Source: Aplysia californica (taxonomy: Eukaryota). Taken from it: a stretch of 64,000 nt of DNA. The notes beneath the pieces were generated by a model that saw only the letters and a program-made list of their open reading frames with translations, did not search any database and was not told the DNA's origin. Positions 49,101-61,030 of the stretch are shown here, one piece after another. Each line of letters starts with the position of its first letter. The first letter of the stretch is position 1. A program made the position numbers and the translations under genes. Location: positions 207,339 through 271,338 of the forward strand of contig NW_004797502.1 in assembly GCF_000002075.1 (NCBI RefSeq), written 5' to 3'.

Positions 49101-49893
49101 GTTTATTTATAGAGATATCAAATCTTTACCCTATCAGAATTAGTATGATAGTTAGTATTTCACAAATAAATAGAATGCCGTTCCTTTTGCTTCTCCAGTA
49201 TCAGAGGCGTCAAGATGTGGAGAGGAGGAAGAAGCAGAAAAAAATTGAATGGATGCAGAAAATGTAAGGAATTGTCTTGAAGACCCTTATGAACTGAGCC
49301 CATGATGAGTAATGAGTTATGGACTCATGATTATTGTTTATCGTTAAGGAAAGTGACACTTGGTGACTCCAAATGTAAACATGCACACACTGACATAGTC
49401 TCTCCCCCACTGTCTGTCTGTCTGTCTGCCTGTCCCTCTGGCTCTCTCTCTCTCTGTCTCTCCCTCTGGCTCTCTTTCTCTCTCTCTCTCNNNNNNNNNN
49501 NNNNNNNNNNNNNNNNNNNNNNNNNNNNNNNNNNNNNNNNNNNNNNNNNNNNNNNNNNNNNNNNNNNNNNNNNNNNNNNNNNNNNNNNNNATCTGTCACA
49601 TTTTGAATGTTTTTCCTTCTTTTTTAAAAATGGATAAACAAAGGGAGCGAAACCCGACTCCTTGTTTAGGTTTCAAGGAATAAACCCACAAAAATGACAC
49701 ATTTTTACACGGTGTGCCAAAAGAGCCATTTGAGGATGAAGAACGTTCTCAAAAACGCATTGTGTTTTAATGTGTGTACATTCACCCCAATGAATTACAG
49801 GTTGATGCGACCTGGGAATTCTATTCTTTGACATTCTAGTGTGCCAAAACGAATTTGTCTCGTGCAAACAAATACACGCATTTGCAGTTAATA

Positions 49894-49959
<66 letters not shown>

Positions 49960-51873
49960 ACACACACACACACTCTCATGAACATGAATACACCCATATT
50001 TCTCAAAAGGAAACAAAAGAGAGTAGGTTTGCATGTCTTTGTATGTTATTAATGTAAAAATAGTATGTGTACATTTGTGCTGTAACATGCTGTTAATTGT
50101 TTTCTGTTACGACCTTTGTGTACTGCCTGTGTGACACCTTTAAGAATAATATACAGAGCTCAGCTTTCTGCTAAATAAGTAATAGACAACATATAAAATA
50201 TTAAGTAGCAGGATTTTGTCAAACAAGTCTATGTTTGCATGAAGAACATTATTTAGGTATAAAAGACTCTATTTCTGTGATACGTTTTCTCTTAGTTTTA
50301 GCAAAAGTTTTACGTGTACGGCACTTGCAACACAAATAGGTCATATATAAATGCTGATGATATGTTTTCTGCAGATGTAAAGGTCTCTCTTTCTGTGACA
50401 CATTTTTGCAGGTATAAAGGACTCTCTATGAATGTATAAATGACTCTCTAGGATACATTTATGCAGGTATTAATGACACTCTAGGATACATTTATGCAGG
50501 TATAAAGGACTCAATTTCTGTGATACGTTTTTGGCAGGTATAAAGAGGGGATGTTGCGGGCCAAGGCAGATGATAGAGAAACTATTCAGCTGATAGAGGG
50601 CGCTGCAGCGGGTATGGTCGCCACCGTGGAGGCTGCGGGGCCTGAGGCGCTGGAGGACTGGGAGGTGGATGAGTTGCTAGACTGGACCACGAGTCTAAAT
50701 TTTGAGGAGTAAGTGTTTGTATGTGTGTGTGTGTGTGTTTGTGTGTTTGTTTGTTTGTGTGTTTGGATGAAAGAGAGAGAGAGAGAGAGTTACTGTGTTT
50801 NNNNNNNNNNNNNNNNNNNNNNNNNNNNNNNNNNNNNNNNNNNNNNNNNNNNNNNNNNNNNNNNNNNNNNNNNNNNNNNNNNNNNNNNNNNNNNNNNNNN
50901 NNNNNNNNNNNNNNNNNNNNNNNNNNNNNNNNNNNNNNNNNNNNNNNATGTTTGTAAGTGTGTGCATGTGCTTCTGTGTGTGTTAATTGTTAAATGTACA
51001 GTTTGTTCTGTGTGTATGTGCATCTGTATTTTGTATGTGAGAAAGTGAAGTAGGAATGTACAAAAATTCATTTTACTGACTTTTTTGTCATATACTGTCA
51101 ATCTAAAGTCAGTTGATTTTTTTTACTGTATTCTACATTGTGAATTTTCTTTCCTCACAGATACAGAAATACATGGTCTGATTTAGCAACAAGTGCAACG
51201 TCGCAGAAATTTGTTGGTAAGTTGTTTGGTATACCTTGTCTGGTAAGTTGTTTGGTATACCTTGTCATATTTTTCTATAGCACCTTCGAAGCATTTTTTT
51301 TCTCTGAAACCGTTGTTTAACATTATCGTTTATTCACAATATTATTGCTTTTATAATCAAACTTTGTGAAGTCTCCAATATTTCACTTGAGTGCAGAGAA
51401 AGTATTTATTTAACTCCTTCATGACTCCTCCTTTTTTCAAAACCTGAATCATTATGATGTATATATATATACATTCAAAATTGTCTAAGACATCACCTAT
51501 TGGCAAGGAGAAATGTTTTTGTCTTAGGCAGTTGGATATCTTGGAAGAGTGTCATTATACTACTTTAAAAAACCCTAGGGGGCTGGCGGGGGTGGGGGTG
51601 GGAGTTGTGACAGGTGATTGTCTTGGAGAGGTGACAGTTAGAGCAGGTTTAACTGTATTCTCTACTAATTTTTTTTCCAGTAACTATATTATTAATCGCT
51701 CGTATTCACTCATATTCACAGAAGACAAACTAAGACTTACAACCAACTTCTCCGACCCTTATGAGATGAGTCTTTCAACTGGGCCTTCAAGGTATACGTC
51801 AGGGCGCCAGTCACACATGACACCCGTTACTATAAATAGCGCCGACTCCGGTAAAGCTGCCCTGAAAGCTTGA
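42104..51873 (+). CDS. MFI: Protein MFI / C11orf65 homolog with IQ-like motif; 10 coding exons, 414 aa
   Basis: Exons 42104-42115, 42731-42822, 44342-44597, 46292-46438, 48213-48372, 48560-48693, 49199-49263, 50538-50708, 51161-51216, 51722-51873 (TGA); GT-AG, phases consistent, 1245 nt. Family motifs AAVIIQRVWRRH, INPNEAKLLDAAAGINIRFRL, FPPNIYYKIFTNRPVQDMCANSPKDY, GWYKRVENNGWR, KKIEWMQKMY, EVDELLDWTTSLNFEEY. The first two short exons are less certain than the core. Confidence 0.88.
42985..43052 (+). mobile_element. L2-type 3' stem-loop tail (SINE or LINE end)
   Basis: gtaaagcgcatagagc...gatatgcgctat...attattatta, matching the tail of the LINE at 1166-1230. Confidence 0.65.
43346..44051. mobile_element. 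Non-autonomous DNA transposon (PIF/Harbinger- or Kolobok-like)
   Basis: TIR GGCCATCTGC(G/C)GG(G/T)GAAATTT at both ends; TAA duplicated on both flanks (left flank reads TTAA). Confidence 0.8.
44941..45001. repeat. (GAT)20 microsatellite
   Basis: Perfect trinucleotide run in an MFI intron. Confidence 0.98.
45084..45887. mobile_element. Tc1/mariner-pogo-type non-autonomous element
   Basis: TA|CAGTGGAATCC.GTTATAACGAG ... CTCGTTATAA.TGGACTTCACTG|TA with subterminal repeats. Confidence 0.82.
47236..47363. mobile_element. piggyBac-like MITE
   Basis: TTAA|CACTTTGCCATCACA ... TGTGATGGCGAAGTG|TTAA. Confidence 0.8.
50255..50546. repeat. Degenerate 30-40 bp tandem array including the MFI exon-8 acceptor (GCAG|GTATAAA)
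   Basis: Repeated gcaggtataaaggactc...(ttctgtga/ctagga)tac(a/g)ttt units ending at 50538-50546 inside the exon. Confidence 0.8.
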
Positions 51874-52524
51874 GACCTTGATTGGTTTTACAGAAGTTTT
51901 CTTTTTGCTTTTCTCCTCTGTCCAAGTATGGACTATGGACCAACTGACCCAGATTTACGTGTGTGCCCCAGGATATGAACATGCTCAATTCTGTTATTGC
52001 CTTTGGGATTTTTGGGAGTTATTTTGAACCGAAAGGTCACTGGATGGAGAAAAGTACATGGTCCCTTAACTTTGTGCCTTTATGATTGACTGTCATAAAT
52101 GTTTTAGTCCCCCACCCCAACCTCTACAACCACTCAATGGACACAATTAAGATAACATAGGAGAGGGGGCTTTGTTGATCCTGGCAGTCAGAGCTGAACA
52201 GGATAATAATATCCTTTTAGAAAGACTTGAGATACTCAATGAGACTGGATGAGATGGACTCTTCCACTCATGAATCAAGCTCTCATCTTTTACCCCAGGC
52301 AATGGAGAGCCTGATACCTACAGTGCTGAAGCTAGTATTGTGGTTTTAATGTAACGAAAGAAAAAGTCATACCAATCCAAATTTTGGCTGTGCATGTTGA
52401 TGAAGCAATCTGTGCAGATATTCTCAAAACATCAAGAAATGATTCAGATAAATGTGAAATAAGGGTGTCAGTATATCATGCTTACAGTTGCAATAGTCCT
52501 GACCATATGGAGAAAAAATTAAAT

Positions 52525-52956
52525 TGTGAGACATAGTGAAATCAGGCACTCGTCAAAATAATGAAATCGAATAAACTTGCGTTTTCCCACACATTTGGCA
52601 ATTTTTCTCAATTTTTTTGTCTTTTGGCTTAACTCCTTTTATCTCTATTTAAAACACATTTTAGAGGGGATTATACTGAAAAATGTTGAATAAAGGCCCG
52701 AAGAATGTAAATTTGCGGTCTCCAAGGACTCTCAAGCTTTGGAGGTCACCAAACTTTTGCAACCATTTTCTCGCTAATTTTACCTCTGAAACCAGGCGAC
52801 CCTGACCTCCTTCAATTGCAAATATCTCAACTTCTATTCAAGATAGATGAATATTTTTTCACTCGAAAGTAAGAAAAATTGACAGTCTTTAAGATGATAC
52901 CAATAACTCCACATGCCCAAAAAACGAGCGCCTTGATTCCACGGTGTGGTGACACA
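52525..52956. mobile_element. MITE family A, copy 7 (same orientation as copy 1), downstream of the MFI stop
   Basis: gaaatcaggcactcgtcaa ... acgagcgccttgattcca TIRs; body matches copy 1. Confidence 0.85.
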
Positions 52957-54053
52957 ATGTAAATTTTCCTGGAAGTGATTTGTGCCACTGTGTTTTTCAG
53001 ATTGTGCCTGTTTTGTAAATGTTCAAATTGACTTGATCTAATGCATTTTGCGTTTTGAGTGGTCAGGCAAGCAGCTGTAGGCTTCCTGATAATTTCACTT
53101 TGTGGGTTAAATTTGCAGTGTCAATCTGTATTAGTTGCATTTTACATTTACATGATGCCAACTTAAGCTTAATTGAATTGAGTGAGTAAACATAATCATT
53201 ATGAATGTAAGGTATCTCTGATGAGCCATCTTTTAGGATCATCTGATTTACAACTGTCATAGAAGTATGTCATTATTGTTCAAGATACTCTGAATGCAGT
53301 ACCCGTAAGCAAGAAGGTAAGATAAAATAAGATAACAGTTTAGTGATCTCCACAAAGAGAAATTNNNNNNNNNNNNNNNNNNNNNNNNNNNNNNNNNNNN
53401 NNNNNNNNNNNNNNNNNNNNNNNNNNNNNNNNNNNNNNNNNNNNNNNNNNNNNNNNNNNNNNNNNNNNNNNNNNNNNNNNNNNNNNNNNNNNNNNNNNNN
53501 NNNNNNNNNNNNNNNNNNNNNNNNNNNNNNNNNNNNNNNNNNNNNNNNNTACAGACNNNNNNNNNNNNNNNNNNNNNNNNNNNNNNNNNNNNNNNNNNNN
53601 NNNNNNNNNNNNNNNNNNNNNNNNNNNNNNNNNNNNNNNNNNNNNNNNNNNNNNNNNNNNNNNNNNNNNNNNNNNNNNNNNNNNNNNNNNNNTGTATCCT
53701 CTCTGTATCCTGGCATAGGTTGAGGGACACCTGAGGAGAGGCTGAGATCTTTGTTTGCTTTCAGTGGAAGTTATTGCTTCATTGCAAAAGGTGCTTGAGA
53801 CACTTCTCTTTACTGTGCTTTTTTGCCACCAGGCATTTACAATGTATAAAATCCTCAAAACTTATTAAGCTCTAATCACACCGGTAAGTAGTTGCTGATA
53901 CCTCGTCGCCATTTTACTTTAGCTTCTCATCCCATTTGATCGTAATGGACTCGTACCTTGAAATATATCTTTTGGAATTCTAACCCTTGATTTTTTAAAT
54001 GCTGAAGAGTATTAGTGTTCCTCCTTGCTCTCACATAATACACACACAAACAT

Positions 54054-54110
<57 letters not shown>

Positions 54111-54679
54111 ACTACTCTTATACGAACAAAATGATACATGAGATGTCATACAGACTAGATTTTAGTGTATACACACAGACATAGCATGCTTACATATACA
54201 GTCATATTGTGTGCACACATACACCACACACATCTGGCAAGAATGCTCTGTTCTCTCCATGAACCTTTGGAAATCCACACTTGCCATTGTTTTTCCCTAA
54301 TGTTGAAATTCTCATGCTATTTTCATATGGCCCTTTAACTTTGTAGTCTGAATGTTGGATTTGTCCCTTTATCCATTTGTAAGTTAAGAATTGGATTTTC
54401 ACTGTCCCCTGCCTGTATCAGATTTAATGATTTATATTAAATCTTTGCCAACGTTGTTGGTATTTGTTTGGGCTGTTTTCCCTTGTTTGTGTTTCTTCTA
54501 TGGTTTGCTGTATAAATCATGTGGTCAGGAATATGGCATAGTGTGTACATAGAAATCTAAAAGTACATAATAACAATAATATTATTATTATGAATAAACT
54601 TTGTTGCAGAAATCGTGCAAGTCTCTCTTAGTTGATGATATATTTACCACCACTTCCGTTTTCAATCCGTATTTATAGC

Positions 54680-54735
<56 letters not shown>

Positions 54736-55404
54736 TACATGTGCATTGTTTGTTTTCATCAGACCAATGTTGACAGTACTGACAGCCCTTGTGAATGGTT
54801 GGAGGGCGCCACTGGTAGGTCCTACTTCTATTCTTTCCATGTTGCTTCTATCTTTCTTTTCCCCTGCATCAAATGACCATTATCGTGTCCATGTGCTTCC
54901 CTTTCCTCGAAATTAACAGACAGTCCTTCTTTGTATTATGGTCCCTTGTCCTACTCTACAATACTGCCAGTAGTTGGTTTCGCCCAGTGAGTGGTTGGCG
55001 GGTGCTCTGGTGTGGTTTGCTCCTTCTTCCCTATCAAACATCTATCATCCTGATCTCTCCTCCTTTTTTGAGTTTGTTCCTCTCTTGTAACACCTCTAAT
55101 CTTCGGCATTTCTTTGACTTTATTCAGTTTCAAGTGCCGCAAAACTCTTACTAAATAGATTTTAAAAACACACACGCTCTCGTCCTTCCAAAGTTCTTAG
55201 GGCCGTATACACTTCAACAACAACAGTAGCAACAGCAACAACGAACTAAAACAGCAAAACATATAAAATTAGCAACATAAACTATTTTTTTGCGCTTATC
55301 GGGAAAGTTGGGCATTCTCTCTTGAGGTAAAGCCCGAGAAATTGTTATGGTTCATTCCAACCTGTCCTGTGCTCGGAGGCACAAAAGGGTGTATGTTAGT
55401 TTGT

Positions 55405-55468
<64 letters not shown>

Positions 55469-55673
55469 TTTGCATGCTTGTTCATGTGCGTGTGTGGTGT
55501 GTGTGTGAGGGTGTGTGGGTGTATCTGTGTTTGTGTTTGTGCATGTGTGTTTGTGAGCCTGTGTGTGCGTGCGTGCGTGCATGCATGCGTGCGTGCATGT
55601 GTGCATGCGTGCGTGCGTGTGTGCGTGTGTGCGTGTGCGTGTGTGTGTGTTCATATATTTTATCATAATAATA

Positions 55674-55825
55674 CAGTCGAACCTGCCATAACGACCACTT
55701 GTCCAAGACAATCTCCCTCGTTTATTTTTAAAAAATAGAATAATGACTCTGTTTAATACACCACCTGCCTAAGACAAAGACTTTCCCCCGTAAAATATGT
55801 TGGCCGTCTTGGACAGTTTCGACTG
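55674..55825. mobile_element. pogo-like MITE; degenerate relatives at about 43055-43210 and 51470-51658
   Basis: TA|CAGTCGAA ... TTCGACTG|TA with internal gtccaagac / gtcttggac inverted repeat. Confidence 0.78.
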
Positions 55826-57639
55826 TATATTATAATATCTGCGAGCCATCCAAATGTCCAGTTCCTTATCATGATATTACTATGCCCTTGACCTCTTTCT
55901 CCTAAAGGCTAGACCCTCTTTTTGCACGGCAGATTTGGTATGGCTGTTAAGTTATTACAGCACCTCTAAGTCAGTGTGTACTGATAAACGTGTGTCGTCT
56001 TTCGGGAATATTTAAACAGCACCTTAACCACTTCACTGCTGTTGTGTAGATGTATGGTGATCTCTGAAATTGGGTTACTGCCCAGTTTTTATACTAGTGC
56101 ATCGAAGACGTTTTAGAAGATGTTATTTGCAATTTGTGTTCTTTATATTATGACCAATTTGTGTTGCAAGAGCTGTAAAACTGTAAACGAGCTGTAAGAG
56201 GATAAAATAAGGGACAATTACACCAGCTTTGTTTAAATGTCTCTTTAGGGAACATGAACATTTTATCTTGTTTGTACAAACGTAGGTGGAAACGCCTCGG
56301 CTCTAAAAGGGTTAATATACACACAGGACAAACAGGTAGATTACAAGCCCAGCATCCACAACTTTACCGACTTTACTGTCCAGCGGCTACTTTCACCTAC
56401 GACAGCGTCTCTTCGAGTAGAATGTTTGCATTCTAAGCAAACTTTCTGTCACAAGGGAAAACGTTTGGTAAGTTTTGTTTTATTTGTTTTACGGGTGCGC
56501 TTGTGTTTTGTTGTGTTTTATTCTTTTTAATATGACCTGGCGTCTATGATATAGCGGTTAGGCGCTTCGCCGTCACCTACGTAACACCCAAGTCCGAAGT
56601 CCGATTCCCGTGAGGGAAGAGTAGCCTATTATTTTTATCAAGTGTCTCGGTTTTTCTGCTAAAATCTTGTATCCCTCTCAGCTCGTGTCAGTTCGAAGAG
56701 GCAGGAGTCGACTGGAGCGTACAAAACACCTAATATTGCACGCCTTATTAGATCACAATACATCGTTTTGAAGGTTGAGGACTAAACAGAAGAAGGAGGG
56801 AAAAAAGAAAGGAGAAACAGTACGCCAAAGTAAAAACCTCATATGTACAGAGATACGAGGATTATGATTTTGACCTTTTGTGTCATGACTGGCGATCTTC
56901 AAGCAGCGTGCATGATACAGCTTTACCTCAGTGGTAGGCTTAAAGAAAGTTCAATGCTCAAGTACTGCTTCCCTCCCTAAACATGTTGACTTCCTTATGA
57001 GCTACAAAGCAAAGGCATGGCCAGTACGTTGAGAACCAAGGAAGGCAACATAAGGGAGTGTCTTAATATTAATAAATGTAGGGGATACTTTTTATGCTAG
57101 ACCAATTTTGAAATTTTGTGGTTTGCCTCGGTGGTGGGATAATGGCCCACTCTTTTACGATCTTCAACCACCACGGGATCTTTAACGTGTGCAAGGAGCA
57201 CACATCATTGGTGCTTCATGAATGTTCCTGTGTGCTATTGCTTTGTTCATGAAAATGAGTTTGCACCTTATGCTAGTAAGCAGTGTGTCTGATCATTACA
57301 CCCCCCTTNNNNNNNNNNNNNNNNNNNNNNNNNNNNNNNNNNNNNNNNNNNNNNNNNNNNNNNNNNNNNNNNNNNNNNNNNNNNNNNNNNNNNNNNNNNN
57401 NNNNNNNNNNNNNNNNNNNNNNNNNNNNNNNNNNNNNNNNNNNNNNNNNNNNNNNNNNNNNNNNNNNNNNNNNNNNNNNAATCAACATAATACGTGACAT
57501 ACAAATACACTAAGACACACACTCACCCACTCCCCCCCCCCCCCCCTCACACGCACGCAACCTAAAGTACGAGAACTTTGTTAAGAGTAGGTCTCTTTAT
57601 TTTGTTATAATCACAGAAAACTCTCACCCCCGCCAGACC

Positions 57640-58617
57640 ATGTCCGACCCAGACCCGTTCTCTCAATGCATCGGCAAGTATGAGGTCCACCCGGAATCCT
57701 ATGAGTTCGTTCAGAGGGTGATGAGCCTTGGCGCCAAGCCTTACTCAGAACTGAGCGTGGCGGAGGTTCGTCAGCAGTCGGCCCGAATTGCTCCGGAACT
57801 TACCGGACCCACAGAGTTCTTGGGAAGTGAAACAGAGATCATCGTGCCGTCCCCTTTCTCTACAAATGGCATCCCCGTCACTGTCTACAAACCAGAACTG
57901 CTCTCAAAAGTCCCCGCCATTTTTATTTTCTTTCACGGCGGTGGGCTGGTGATTGGAAGCCGAGATTCTTACTCAACAGCAGTGCGGAAGTTGTGTAGTT
58001 CTTCTGGGGCCATATTTCTGAACGTCGAATACCGGCTGCTGCCTGATCCAGAATCCCCGATGGCTCCTTTCGAAGATGCGTTGGTTGTAACACGATGGCT
58101 GCTAGGCAACAAGGAGGTCGTAGGTGGTCACACACAGAGCAAAGTCGGGGTCGGAGGTGACAGCGCAGGAGGACACATTTCCGCTTGCGTCACGAACGAC
58201 ATCTGTGACCTTGACTTTCAAGTTCTCGTGTACCCGATGACAGACATCACTCGAAGCCAGCCTTCGTTTTCCGAGTTCACGACTACCCCTGGACTTACAC
58301 TGGACGCCATTAACTGGTTCGCCAGACACAGCATCGAACACATCCCCCGAGCTGCCGAGAACCCGAGTGTCAACCCAATGGTGCAGAGGAATGTGGTTCA
58401 ATCCCCTCCTGCCCTCTTCGTGTTGGCTGAGCTGGATGCCCTACGTGACTGCGGCCTCGCCTACGCCGACAAGCTGAGGAAAGTGGGCGTGCCGGTTCAG
58501 TGCCATGTGATCAAAGGAGTGCCACATGCCTTCTTTCATTTGTGTGACGTTTTCAAAACAAAAACTGCTGAAGCTTACGCGCATATTGCAGACTTTGTCA
58601 AACAGTTCCACCAATAG
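57640..58617 (+). CDS. Alpha/beta hydrolase fold-3 (HSL / family IV) carboxylesterase, 325 aa, intronless CDS
   Basis: HGGG oxyanion motif, YRL, GDSAGG nucleophile elbow, LDALRD acid residue, GVPHAF catalytic His. Good Kozak context (gaccATG). AATAAA at 58681 and 59437. Likely 5'UTR intron from donor G|GTAAGT (56467/8) to acceptor cacag| (about 57617). Confidence 0.93.
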   Translation: MSDPDPFSQCIGKYEVHPESYEFVQRVMSLGAKPYSELSVAEVRQQSARIAPELTGPTEFLGSETEIIVPSPFSTNGIPVTVYKPELLSKVPAIFIFFHGGGLVIGSRDSYSTAVRKLCSSSGAIFLNVEYRLLPDPESPMAPFEDALVVTRWLLGNKEVVGGHTQSKVGVGGDSAGGHISACVTNDICDLDFQVLVYPMTDITRSQPSFSEFTTTPGLTLDAINWFARHSIEHIPRAAENPSVNPMVQRNVVQSPPALFVLAELDALRDCGLAYADKLRKVGVPVQCHVIKGVPHAFFHLCDVFKTKTAEAYAHIADFVKQFHQ

Positions 58618-60428
58618 CAATGCTAGAACCACAGGCTGCACGATGTGGATTTCAAGAAAAGAACAAAAAATGTTTATACAAATAAAACAAAAAGTGTCAG
58701 GATTACGTGAAACTGCGACACAGCGTATTCAAAATTTTATTTATTTTTTTTTAAACCCACATGTAAACGCTTTGCATTCATATTGAGATGTAAACGATTC
58801 CATTTTTCACAGATCCCCGGGAGAATGATTCCCCAATGCAGAACTATAATGATATTTGAAACCTCTATTGTCAATGTGATTCCTATACACTTGCTTTGTT
58901 AGCTGTCGAGAAGACGAAATACCCCCCACCCACCCCACTTTCCGCCACACAAAAAATCACTTTGAGTGTGCATAAAATTTATTTATTATCGCAAGCCGCC
59001 TCGCACGACAGACAGCAAAGCAACGAGGTATGGTACTAATTTTCGACAATGCTATGAATTGTAAGCTTCAAAGCGCAGGGTCTTGCATTGCATTCTTAAG
59101 CTGCAACAAGTTGTCTACATGACACTTAATTACCAAGTCATGGCCTTGCACACAAGTACGAAAACAATTGTGTTCATATTCTCATTAAAATAGTCGTGTG
59201 GGGTGACTAAATTTCACTGCAGTTTGCGTAACCTAAAGCCTGACTTGAATGAAATTGTTGAGCTCAATGAGAGTGAGCAACCCACAGAACAAAGCATATA
59301 TAATCATCTTTCTTTTTCTCTTTACTTTCTGCTCCTTTCTTCATAGTGTTTTGCAGTTAGTGGCAGCTCTTGCAGAGGTTAGTATTGTTTGTTTGCAACA
59401 CGAAACGACTGTTCTCCTGTCGAACTGTTAGATCAGAATAAAGGCTTTAAAGAATATTATAACCTCTGTGTTTTCTTAACATATTAGTACACATTGCAAC
59501 TTGTTTATGTTAAAATGGTTTTATAAGCAGACCCAGGTCAGTTGGGACATAAACCATTGTCACATTATCGTCTTTACACCCCAATCTTGGTTGATCAATA
59601 TCGGAACTAACCATTCCAAGGATGGGATATAATCGAACTTCCTGCTAATGCTGGATGAAACAAGATATTGTTAACGTTATTATTTCGTATTTGTATCGTC
59701 TCCGCTTTGAATAATACTAGCTTTTTTCATTCTCAAAAGGGGGGGGGGGGGTGGGTGGGCATTAAAACATTGCAATCATCTCACATTTTCGAACACTAAT
59801 TTTTATTTTTTTTTATTTTTGGACTTAAACGCAATATGCAAAGTGTTCTTTTCGCCTTACTCCAAGTTGAGAAGATTAGCTCTAACACATTTTGATGAAA
59901 TTGCCAATCCGTCAGTTATTCGATTCCTTATAAATTGATAAGCATAGGGTTGTACCACGACCAGACTGTAAACTGTAGTCCGTGTGAGTCAATAGTATCA
60001 TTCGAGCAGAGAGAAAATCAGGCCACCTCTTTTCTTGTTATAGTGTTGTTTGGCGAGTTCAATTTCGCCAAGGCTCCCGATTAACTCCGCCCCCCCCCCC
60101 CACCCCCACCCCCCAAAAAAAAACCAGACAAAAAAAAATGTATTTAAATGTATAATTAAATGCAATTATTATTATTTATTTGTCCCGCGAAACATTAAGG
60201 CTCGAATCCGAGAGTGAAACGAATCTCAATATTAAGCCTTCTTTCAGTAAAATCTTCCTTCTCGCTCGGCATCCTGTCACGAGACCAAGCGCCCCGCTTT
60301 CAGTACAACCTGAGTTTGGGGGACACAGTGAACACATCGTAATGTCCTATCAGCAGCATACCAAAGCCAGTGCTGCAGCCCTATTTGACGCCACACACAC
60401 TCATCAGATATACAAATTTGCATACTTA

Positions 60429-60607
60429 TGTCCCCGTGGTTTTATGCACCCCGCATAATTAGCCAAATGTGGTCATTTTTTGCGTAATTTCTGATTGTTT
60501 TCATTTGTCATACTTTGTTAAAATTAACAGAATCGCATAATTTCACATTTTGAGGCCCAGTTTGCATAATTTTACTTTTTTTGTTGTTGCTTAAAACCAC
60601 GGGGACG
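60429..60607. mobile_element. hAT-like MITE
   Basis: 16-bp TIR (T/C)GTCCCCGTGGTTTTA; 8-bp TSD catactta / gatactta (7 of 8 match). Confidence 0.75.
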
Positions 60608-60961
60608 GATACTTAGATAAGGCAAACGGGATAGAAAAAACCTATCTGCTTGAAGAACGAAGTAATGGACACTAAAACAGAACGTCTTCATCAAGCGTTG
60701 CCAAACGACCAGAATGCACGTCCTCAATGAGATAACTCTTTAAGTCCTGCCCCCCCCCCCCTCTCCGAGTCCACAGGATAAGTGCCTCTGAGCAAGTGAT
60801 GGCGGAAGAGTCCTAGACGTACACCCCTTTATGAAAGTAGCGACTGCTCGGTGGGTATCAGGTTGAACTAAGATGTGGATGACCCTATCCCTCGTTCGAA
60901 TCCCCCCAATGGGGCATTCTTATACCTTTGTTGTTTGGGGAGATCTCAAAGCAACCTATCC

Positions 60962-61030
60962 GGGCGCGCCGTTAGCTCAGCTGATATCATGCTGGACTGT
61001 AGTTCGGAAGGCCCAAGGTCGAATCGGAGA
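60962..61030 (+). mobile_element. tRNA-like SINE head (Tyr-like GTA loop), not a functional tRNA
   Basis: TAGCTCAG A box, ggactGTAgttc arm, degenerate B box GGTCGAATC; no acceptor stem. Confidence 0.45.
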
